Source: Flavobacteriales bacterium
GTDB taxonomy: Bacteria; Bacteroidota; Bacteroidia; Flavobacteriales; Flavobacteriaceae
NCBI GenBank assembly: GCA_038241955.1
Contig: JBBSSR010000008.1
Coordinates: 55,655 to 119,654 of the forward strand
Direction: 5' to 3'
Length of the DNA: 64,000 nt
In this document: positions 59,901-64,000 of the stretch, in pieces
Numbering within the stretch: position 1 is the stretch's first letter
Layout: each line of letters begins with the position of its first letter
The notes under the pieces: generated by a model
The model's database searches: none
What the model saw: only the letters and a program-made list of their open reading frames with translations
What the model was told of the DNA's origin: nothing
Program-made: the position numbers and the translations under genes

Positions 59901-62632
59901 GTTGCAGGAGTTAAATTTGGAAAGGTATACTCATTTGCTGTGATGGGTCCAACAGCAGCTACTTGAGTGGCACCTTTAAATATACTAAAATTATATTGCG
60001 GATAAGCATCATTTGCGGCAACGTTTATGCTTGCTTTTCCACCAAAACATAGAATCGGCGTTACCGTTGTTGTTACCGTAAAATCTCTTAGTCTAATCAA
60101 TATATTAGGAACTGTAAAAACACAAGGATTAGTAGTAACGCCCACTTGTCTGACAAATGCAGTATAAGATCCCGCGGTATTAATCACAAAACTATTACTA
60201 GCTTGATAGGTTGTTCCATCAAGACTGTATTCATAACCAGCTGGCACACCACCTATCGTGATGTTACCTTTGGTAGTACAAATAATATCTCTATGCGTTT
60301 CAGTAGGGTTTAATAAGTTTTGATACACATTAAAATAGAAGCGGTTAAAACAACCTCCAGGATAATTAAAGGTAACTCTAAATTGCCCAGAAATATTAGC
60401 TGTGTATTTTGCTCCCGTACCTACTTGAGTCCAAGTACAAGATGCACTTTCATTAGCACAGTTAGGATTGGTCACGGCAGTACAACTACCTTCATTTAAT
60501 TGTTCCCAAATTATAGTGGAACCATCCGAAACTTTAGTGTCAATTTCTTTCGTGGATTTAGCACCACATAAAAAAATATTTGGCAGTAGCTTACCATCAT
60601 TTGGACATTTTACAACTTCATTAGCAAACGGAATTACAGGGTTGTTCATAACAGTTCCAAAACGAGAAACTGTTACTTCTTGACTGATTGATAAACAAGG
60701 TGCAAGAGCTGTGTTGTAAACATAATATACTCCAGCATTTGATACAGTAAGCGATTGTAAATTACCAAGAATAGTACCAGTTGTCACTCCTGATACATAA
60801 GGCTTGTCCGACCATTGGTAACTATTATAACCATTTGCAGCTTTAATAACTACCGTGTCACCACACAATACTTCAGTTTTGGTGAACTTACAGTTATCTA
60901 TTCCCACCAAAAAGTTTGTGGCTTTTGGTGTTAAAAGACAACCCGTATTTGTATTTACACTCGGATCATCTGATATGGTAAAAGTTGTGTTTTCTTTTCC
61001 TTTATAGGTTGCGTAAGCAGAGTTATCAATACTGTTCGAACATGCTTCACTTAACGAATTACAATCAGGTACAACTTTAACTTTGAAACTAATAGTCTTT
61101 AAAGAACTTCCTTTTTTAACGATGTTATCGTCTATTTTAAAAACAATATCACGAGTAGCAGCATTATAACTTTGAACTGTTATTCCTGCTGGCAAAGTAT
61201 TTAAATCAGTAGCTGGATTGAAAATAACGTTAATAGGTAATTGATCACGAATGGTTAATTGTGTCGCATCGTCATTACCTGTATTTTGCAACGTTACTTC
61301 ATAAAATAATTGCTGACCTAAAGTTACATTTTGATTACCAATATCAACACCTAAATCATTCTTAACAATTTTAGTCAGTACAATTTTTGGTTCAATAATG
61401 TCAACAGCAAAAGCATTAAAGTAATAAAAATAAACATCTTGCGTACTACCGAGTCGGATTGTGGCAGAAGTTGCATTATTTGCAATAATTGAATTACTAG
61501 GATTATCAATATTTAAAATACCCGCATCATAACCCAAAGTATTCTTACTCTTAGGTGTTCTATCCAGAAAATTTTCTGTTATTCCTGTTGCAGGATCTAT
61601 ATAAGTTACACTACTATTAAAAAAATTATTCGTAGCACGAAGCGTAACATTAGCAGCATTTACTGCACTAACTGAAGTACCATTAATTTGCAAATAATCG
61701 CCCGTTATTGGCTGATCTCCTTCAAGAGCGGCAAAAGCAAATTTAACTCTTACTGGACCTGTAGGAATTGTTTTAAATCCAGAAATTGGAATATCTAAAG
61801 TTGTAGCACTTCCGATCCCACTGAAACCATCAAATGTGGTTATATATTTAGCTGATAAAGTAGGATCTTCATAAACCACAAAAATGGACCACCCTGCAGA
61901 AAGGCCAGTACCACCATTATAACCTGTGCTAGATTTTACGTTTGCAACAGTATAATTTCCTTGCGCATCCGCTAAACCAGTAATTAAACTTGTGATATCA
62001 GCATAACACGCATAGGCTTTATTCTTGTCACCACCAATAGGTGCGGCATTTGCATCATAGATAACGCTTCCTGTTATATCTTGATAGGATGTTGCATTTG
62101 GTAATTTTAGTCTTACCTTTTCAATATTAGAACGATCCGTTTGTTGTAAAATCGCACCCCAATACAATCCTGCATAAACAATTTTATAACAGGCTGGTTT
62201 TGGTATTGTCAACTTAGCTGTACTTGAACTAAAGTTTTTACCACCGTCAGTATCTACATTCACATATTCCATACTGAACAAATGGTTGTAGGACGATCCG
62301 TCATACGAATCGTTAGGTCTCGTCCCAGCCGTATTCTCATTCCTATTTAAGATATTGTTCCCTATTAGCAACATATCTCCTTTTAAACGAGCATCAAATC
62401 TTGGTGGCGAGAAAGGTTTAAGATTTTGTCCTACAACTACTGATGTCTGTAAAAAAAACAGTAAAAAAAGTCCAACAGTCAGAATACTTGCCACTGACAA
62501 TGATTTTTTTTCAAAAATATAATTTTTGAAATCGCTCATTGCTTTTCTAATAGTAAGACTACTAGAAATTTTTGCAGAAAAATAAATTCCTGACAAAAAG
62601 GTGATCAATTTAGAAAAGGTAGGTTTTTTCAT
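44999..62632 (-). CDS. sprB: Giant SprB-type gliding motility adhesin (5877 aa): DUF11-like domain, many Cys-containing SprB repeats, T9SS type B CTD
   Basis: Repeated C..xG.I...GGT.PY.YS...F..L.AG.Y.V.VKDAN.C units; CTD IPNIFTPNGDGTNDTW...WDGKYKG..LP.GDYWY...GHFTLYR; sprD-sprB-sprF order near pgk, as I recall for F. johnsoniae. Confidence 0.85.
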   Translation of the reverse strand: MKKPTFSKLITFLSGIYFSAKISSSLTIRKAMSDFKNYIFEKKSLSVASILTVGLFLLFFLQTSVVVGQNLKPFSPPRFDARLKGDMLLIGNNILNRNENTAGTRPNDSYDGSSYNHLFSMEYVNVDTDGGKNFSSSTAKLTIPKPACYKIVYAGLYWGAILQQTDRSNIEKVRLKLPNATSYQDITGSVIYDANAAPIGGDKNKAYACYADITSLITGLADAQGNYTVANVKSSTGYNGGTGLSAGWSIFVVYEDPTLSAKYITTFDGFSGIGSATTLDIPISGFKTIPTGPVRVKFAFAALEGDQPITGDYLQINGTSVSAVNAANVTLRATNNFFNSSVTYIDPATGITENFLDRTPKSKNTLGYDAGILNIDNPSNSIIANNATSATIRLGSTQDVYFYYFNAFAVDIIEPKIVLTKIVKNDLGVDIGNQNVTLGQQLFYEVTLQNTGNDDATQLTIRDQLPINVIFNPATDLNTLPAGITVQSYNAATRDIVFKIDDNIVKKGSSLKTISFKVKVVPDCNSLSEACSNSIDNSAYATYKGKENTTFTISDDPSVNTNTGCLLTPKATNFLVGIDNCKFTKTEVLCGDTVVIKAANGYNSYQWSDKPYVSGVTTGTILGNLQSLTVSNAGVYYVYNTALAPCLSISQEVTVSRFGTVMNNPVIPFANEVVKCPNDGKLLPNIFLCGAKSTKEIDTKVSDGSTIIWEQLNEGSCTAVTNPNCANESASCTWTQVGTGAKYTANISGQFRVTFNYPGGCFNRFYFNVYQNLLNPTETHRDIICTTKGNITIGGVPAGYEYSLDGTTYQASNSFVINTAGSYTAFVRQVGVTTNPCVFTVPNILIRLRDFTVTTTVTPILCFGGKASINVAANDAYPQYNFSIFKGATQVAAVGPITANEYTFPNLTPATYTVKVTTADGCSISKDVVITQPAVLSATTTLSKPLTDCSDGEIKVVPKGGTAPYFYFVNGSATFQSTGIIPVTTAGTYSIRVVDSNNCEVTTSIVVAKNLKPVYTVTSLNNNDCYGVNGGEIKFNVTNANGYTLSYSINNGVSFQSGSTFSNLPAGTYTPVLKYTLSGAVCTSNETVINFAGPASAITASGGVGELAGCGAGGEGLLRITNAQGGTPFPAPNYYEYSFDGGATWQTSKEKYVMPGTYTLVIRDAKGCTFTMPGIILDPKPTDPTIAVDPPTFSCNGSATTTVTVTNPANANYSYEYYLDGLLNTNVPSNVFTNVPTGNHTVSVKYKLVSVPTYSNLLNEDFGVGANTTTSGIAAAYCFHNLDIVPSTCPNKQLTLEDNQYVVTRGLVPNNPAWYPFKDHTSNGTVANGRFLAVNIGSAAGPYGVLYSKPIVDVIPNQDVKVDLYVANLILSSFTAAIPDFIIELVTPGGVVVASQATGAIPNNQIWNLKSLSLNPGNNTSLTFKIRSGSVRYDGNDALIDDIKVYQLPKSCITQKDFPITVDSNKAFTASVTGFKDITCAGANNGEITIVAQNFAPVGFYYSLDGAAFQLQATSPLVIQNLAAGSHSVRVQYDLTASPCLFTLPQTIKTPAAVTLTASVTKTATCTTGASITAVGGGGTPAYQYELRAADGVTVIKPFSTNAVFTNLTSATYTVFIRDANLCVATTAGVSVIVTAPPTLTAALDASSDLCYDTVNKVTFVVNVTGGTAPFSYSLDGQAGQTSNTFTNVLPGTHSILVTDSNNCTSTIANIEIAPELKAVTNATKALDCSASSAAIITGTMTGGKAPFTVTVLSGTGPGTISYPTTTTFTYTTAVASTYKFQITDAKGCTTTTTATIDPITNPTASAVATNPSCNNGTDGQITITGAGGSGGFTYSFNGGPFTAPAINTGLNAFVGAVNTKDYTYQVKDSKGCLSPVYTITLNNPTLVVASASIVPNTTCSTTTVITSAGTGGSGTYTYSFNGSATYTSTNTLSVTNTTAAQTITYSVKDAKGCIDTKTIIIPAYNPPTDITFSVPAAITCTATSTSITLTPVGGVAPFTYVIISGPTVGSSVTGTFTGLTPGNYVFEVKDANGCTKQASKTIAAAPTIAVAGAKTDIKCFGTTDGTATFTVTGASSLGNYNYTLSPNVGTITKTGNVVTVTGLPANTYTLTVTDITTGCISNTASVTVIAPTQIAFTLDASKISCNNKISTISFPTLSGGTPGYTYAYAKSPSAVPNTAYGSLTTVDTAILTNTIDVYVKDINGCIEKRSIVIGLEAVPTIDPQTPACYAGTPITVTITGTATGTTTYSKDGINFQSSPTFTLSPGSYTLTIKDGFGCIASIPYVIAPQLTITATPVVDVTCTADTTINFAATGGTGAYTYAVSFNGGAYSPTTSPYVTAIAGTYTFRVTDSATPACQAVSTDIIVITKATVLTLTTTKVDVKCKGDSTGSITVTATSGKAPFTYSINGGAYVTSNVFANLIAGTYNIMIKDDLGCTSASTPITISEPLIALSATAAAPATTTCSTATTVTVTASNGTPGYTFSFNGGAFTTTNTYVVNDNGTSDQTVAYQVKDANGCLTVSQNIIVKKLNPPTGITFSGLTPITCNATTTNITLTTVNGLAPFSYIIVSGTTINTTGVTSGTFTGLLPGDYIFQVTDANGCSKQEAKKIAPVAPIVATATKLADVKCFGDATGSISYNVSGFATTYSYKVNAAAAVTGQTATTFILPNLAQGIYSVVFTDETTLCTATTSITITQPTAVLSASLLSNVNANCKTPYAVVTITATGGTPNYKYAFVQNGVPPVASDYVISNIANLDPTVNTQWDVWVQDANGCTTAAPIDVTVVLDPTPTVTTSVVGQCTASGSTFQVVAVGAGGVAPYIYNINTGVAPSPANTFTVAPGTYTVTVTDANGCIGTSTVTVNEVLSATAILTKDLDCTATPDGTIAVTVLGGLGPFSYQVKIGAGSYGALVPFAGTTFNYTATTANTYQFQITDSNVPACTKVSNVITVKPIVYPLVTLVAETQKIKCNGDNTGIITVTIDATQGVGPFEYSINGGAYQVSNIFTGLTAGLYNVTVRDTKGCVNTVPASITITQPDAITFDLTNIDITCDALLGSTLGSITISNVLGGTASIANPFRYFITNNFGDVIAGNPYSAVTTGREDHTFTIINYGVYTVNAIDANGCSFSKSITMASPPSDLTIDVTTITSDCTSGGTAIVKAISLVGSGNYAFGILEFNTAPYTTTWFTPDVAGGDTRTFTNLVPGVTYTFVVHDLTTDCYFVKGADQPIAPASSMVSTPTPNNVTCKNAHDGSVTFVISGFDGSTTSVDYQLFTAFTNVAVGGIGNIDVTVAGPYGTTIPSPGSLFPGQYYIQFTENGTGAFNGCKSASAIFEIKESAVALSLTASVIKNENCNKLGIINALAKDGTAPYLYMVTTSATAPLATDPLWAATSTFTKDAGTYYVHAKDAYGCIQPSAMVTLVKDPTPLIDLTVTDNCVVEGAFELNVALTTPGIAPYTIVVNGSAAQNVAAFPYVVSGLNSGLQSVTVMDANGCPITATITIAKPLVATPAITALPTCDDDDGVITMSGTGGTGTYSYTISPMPVGVAIDNTTGIISKLPAGTYTVTMTDTATPINCSTTAVVTLIKPTPVVFSTTTKPALCVGDANGSITVILGASNDNPTYTYAIIAGPQLAVAQSSNIFNGLLAGTYTVRVTSGRGCSTDDATVVVAPATPIVATATITTKLTCDTGNNAQKAIVTVTGSGGSGAYEYSFDGINYSTLNTYETYTPGLVTGYVRDANKCVASDSKTVNTLNPPTEMDIAGTPVYCAPIANTTSTVTITNIVNGVGPYTYQNITSGTSNATGIFPGLAPGEYVFQVTDDNGCTYKETYKVNDVTPIVVLGAIDTNISCNGSNGNNGNGSAEYTVTGFSATGNYSIVVTSVPAALPFVQAVTGDVITLTGLSAGKYTVTVTDLTTGCQNASSVILIEPVAITFTATPSNVFCTQTVSQITVSGVSGGTGIYTYAAVKAGDPAPTVFDTNPVISVETNLTDLVWDVYVQDANGCVSAKVITTVIRDAAPTITIPVGQCFTGAPLTTDLSIVTTTYNGVKSYTVNGFPIASAIATFNGAGTYTVGIKDDHGCEAFVDFIIEKQLLATATLTKDLYCAAPIDATIEVEIQDGVAPYSYQMYLGAATVGVLTPVVGNSFTATATAAGTYHFVITDSNGASCSVNTNDVIVTTPITPTFTYSQINVSCTGGNDGSFTVIAADGLVPYTYKITAGAANTTGDTSGIYTGLAAGVYTVQVTDGKGCVSATQNITITEPIQLTATATPSINTTCSVETIITVVGHDGTPTGTGTGYYYSFDNGVTYDTSNTFTVNDNGAIQTIKYSVKDANGCTTVPQDIVVNPLNKPTDLDFALTVAPTCPVPTATVTLTATNGVGALQYETIAPSVLIIAKQLSNIFAGLSPGDYTFQVTDANGCTYQELYKVEAVVNIEVSGQLIADMTCNTGDDGKVTFDVSKFSGNYNYSVTKDGNPFIATVSNSTLASIPLTGLGFGVYEITVFDNTTLCDETASVTVGQPTIATVTLVSNVNANCKTNALVQVIGGGGTPDYTYAYVISGAGLGSAVFSTSDSASLDPAISNTWDFYAKDAHGCISAPLLVTIAMDPLPAGFTAAATNCPTPTGEYTITVTDGPTGMGPYTYSIGTGFQTSKVFIVNAPGTYDLIVKDKFGCEVTFPAAVTILQPIALDTNITALPSCTINNGSITASATGGSGNYSYQIDGGLAVAGATATFPGLASGVHTILVTDINTGCTDTVTLNLSAATIVTGFGLTMTPVTCNGGNDGTITASMATPAAGVNDNPVYMYTLTGTDVNGAVLVGPQSSNLFTGLKASIGNYTVDVVSGRGCPATAVLAVTEPDIITVPAPTVVQFGCTAGTNGANFATITVAGVIGGSGTYTIYDFIKNGVSVQKGASTSYIESNFAGGTYVVTVFDNKGCQGSTVANVVIDAFIPMVKINVVVNNFITCATLEDITATAVDAANNPILGLTYVITETTTAVTQTNNTGIFTGLLIGNYRITATNALTSCTIETVHYVINPNTFQLKVAKNSDVICYGSDEGQVKVTLVDLLTPPDNAGIYKYVVTGPVPSNGTTTSVDLTLSNLTAGLYTVTAELVNTPFCSVSTSFTIDQPVAALVLSETHTEITCVPGNDGTITVSAIGGWDGGYEFAVLKDGNPFSPYSTTTYYENLSVGVYTINVKDSKGCVKTTTVILANPTAITVTAAAITPTVSCFGDKSATITASGVTGGDGSNYSYTLNYTSLTPVESSGPQTNPAFTGLGAGTYTITVTDGWGCTATSAVVTITEPTIVEASLVLATSQTCLTQSTLTLTATGGTAPYTYSADASFAAPIAMVGNTATFPVANGTFHYYVRDFNNCVSLVSNDIKNDPLEPLDFDTDVKNAVVKCRDDLTGVIVAVAKGGLGNYLYTLVDATNTPIAGVTQDSPGNFTKLPAGIYYVNVVSGGDCELTKGPFEIKQPDTVLSATAIAVSVTCNGNGDGKIVITASGGTGIIKYAISPNLNQFFTGNMTGGHSFNNLAPGIYDFITQDENGCFIPDQIEIKEPVSINASVVPGSIDQEYCAGDKTGAFTITISGGTAPYSTSLDEPKGTFVQDKVRFTGLTGGTHTVYIKDANKCTFELIVQLDKAVTLNPIATVDYDCVNDMPANKVIVKIDPSNNPADVTYSLDGTGVEQASNVFTNLSPGPHFIMAHHKNTCIDATDPFTIDQVDPLTMTLAQGGLNEIVATATGGSGVYQYTFNGEDNGSNNKYIYYHTGDYTVTVTDTNGCTFTVTQPFVFIDIKIPNIFTPNGDGTNDTWEPTNTNNYPDIEFVVYDRYSREVGRFGAGQSWDGKYKGTELPMGDYWYILKLKNSKDDREFIGHFTLYR

Positions 62633-63110
62633 AATGTATAAATATTTTTTCCCTTACTACCTTTAAATTCAACGAGGCCATCGAACAAAAACGCTGTAAA
62701 GAAAATTTTATGTAAATGCTATATTTTTAACTTAAATGCTTGTAATATTGTGCTATTTGATATTAAAATCAATTAATATTTGTATATTAATTAAAAAAAA
62801 ATCTAATCTATGTGTATTTTTTTAAATCAATTTTCCTATGATTTATATTACAAATACTATCTTAAAAAACTAAAATTAAACATTTTAAATGAAATTCAAA
62901 TAGAAATACAAATTATTTTGTTTTCACTCCTTTTAAACTAATGAAAATGGATATTATTTCAAAGAAAAAATTTTAGTAATTTACTATAATTCACCTTACA
63001 TTTCTTAGCTACCTAAAAAAATAAATAGCGTATAAATAGCTGCTGTATTTATTAAAAAACCTAAACAACAACAAATTATACGCTATTTCAAATCGCTAAA
63101 AATAGCTATT

Positions 63111-64000
63111 TTATTTCTCGATTTTAACAATGGTCATTTTACCATTATACGGTTTTGTTCCCTTCTCTTGCAACGCGCTGGTAGCCTCATCTAGGTAATC
63201 GAATTTTTCCGTATAAATATAATATTTACTTGAATTTGCATCGTAGAAGAAGCTCACATTTTTTTGTCCCGCTGATAACGTTTTGACCACAAAAGCATCT
63301 CTTTTTTGAACATCACTGTGTACAGCTAAGATTACGTAATAACCAGTCTCGACATTTTTATTGTTTTTAATAATCTGCATATTAGATTGGCTGTCTCCAA
63401 AATCGAAATCTGCTGCCTTAAGTGGCGTGGTGCTAACTTTTGTAGTTTGTTTTAATCGATTTAAAGTTGCCATATCTTGTGCGTATCTATCATCATCATT
63501 AAATGAGGCGGCACGTTTAATTCTACGTTTTTTCTCAATCTCCGTTTCAACTTTAATTTGCTCCAAAGTAGCTATCAATAGTGCATTTGCCTGATCAGCT
63601 TTTACTTGGTCGGCTTTTATAGATTCAATTGTTCTCAAATAATTTTGATTAATTAAATCATTTTTCGGCGCTTTTTTAAGTCGCTCATTATACAGTCTAT
63701 TGAATTCTGCCAATGATGCTGCTCTCGATTTGTTTACTTCATCAATTTGAGCTCGGATTGCTTCCAATTCATTGTTTTCACCAGTCGTACTTTTAAATTC
63801 AACTGTAGTTTTAACAATTCCTTGATCGCTCTGATCATTTTCATCTTTCATCTCTTTCAGCGCCTTTTGTTTATTTGCCACGGAAACATCCAATCTATTT
63901 AATAATTGTTGTTGTTTCTTTTTAGAGTCTTCTAATGTCTTGGTCAAAAGATCCATCGATTTACCATATTCATCTTTAGGCATTGCATCTGCTTTCGCTT
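63111..64000 (-). CDS. sprD: C-terminal part of an SprD-like protein (5' end outside the window)
   Basis: Frame stays open to the window edge (..AKADAMPKD..); coiled-coil region plus C-terminal GYYVILAVH...YNGKMTIVKIE SPOR-like domain; upstream of sprB. Confidence 0.65.
   Translation of the reverse strand, partial: AKADAMPKDEYGKSMDLLTKTLEDSKKKQQQLLNRLDVSVANKQKALKEMKDENDQSDQGIVKTTVEFKSTTGENNELEAIRAQIDEVNKSRAASLAEFNRLYNERLKKAPKNDLINQNYLRTIESIKADQVKADQANALLIATLEQIKVETEIEKKRRIKRAASFNDDDRYAQDMATLNRLKQTTKVSTTPLKAADFDFGDSQSNMQIIKNNKNVETGYYVILAVHSDVQKRDAFVVKTLSAGQKNVSFFYDANSSKYYIYTEKFDYLDEATSALQEKGTKPYNGKMTIVKIEK

Noticed and set aside
45017-60683. Many short + strand ORFs antisense to sprB (e.g. 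45017-45442, 48138-48422, 55128-55355, 60468-60683)
   Set aside because: Shadow ORFs caused by the Thr/Val/Gly-rich codon bias of sprB; no independent motifs or start signals.
62633-63110. Riboswitch or ncRNA upstream of sprB
   Set aside because: No recognisable aptamer consensus by eye; it would need an Infernal/Rfam search.
1-64000. rRNA, tRNA, prophage or integrase-bounded island
   Set aside because: No tRNA cloverleaf, rRNA signature, phage structural gene or integrase was seen; intergenic gaps are short and explained.

Overview
AT-rich chromosomal window from a Bacteroidota member, almost certainly Flavobacterium (TAnnTTTG promoter boxes, type IX secretion sprD-sprB-sprF locus next to pgk). 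From left to right it holds: housekeeping and envelope genes (FKBP PPIase, SpmAB-like membrane protein, 3'-5' exonuclease, serine hydrolase, ogt, DUF2207, cytochrome c, DinB, DoxX/AhpD/AraC); an ~18 kb heme-biosynthesis supercluster (hemB, hemF, hemE, hemD, hemC, hemA, AraC, hemH, hemJ; hemL absent); lipid, rnpA, S41 protease, MltD and pgk genes; and a 17.6 kb SprB-type adhesin gene with sprF and partial sprD. The hem cluster is interrupted by accessory DNA. This comprises a stand-alone Y1 (HUH) transposase bracketed by inverted REP-like repeats (with a matching gene-less REPIN-like copy at 9.1-9.3 kb), an in-frame GNAT::Schlafen/AlbA_2-ATPase chimera, a GxxExxY nuclease with inverted terminal repeats, and a Fic gene. 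It also includes a six-gene module, which is the best candidate for an undescribed system (a cell-surface hemoprotein or heme-delivery pathway): lipoprotein truncated globin, HMA-like protein, DUF5777 beta-barrel, membrane-anchored OB-fold, lipoprotein cytochrome c and YceI. No rRNA, tRNA, CRISPR-Cas or prophage was recognised. All family assignments come from motif recognition by eye; no database searches were run.
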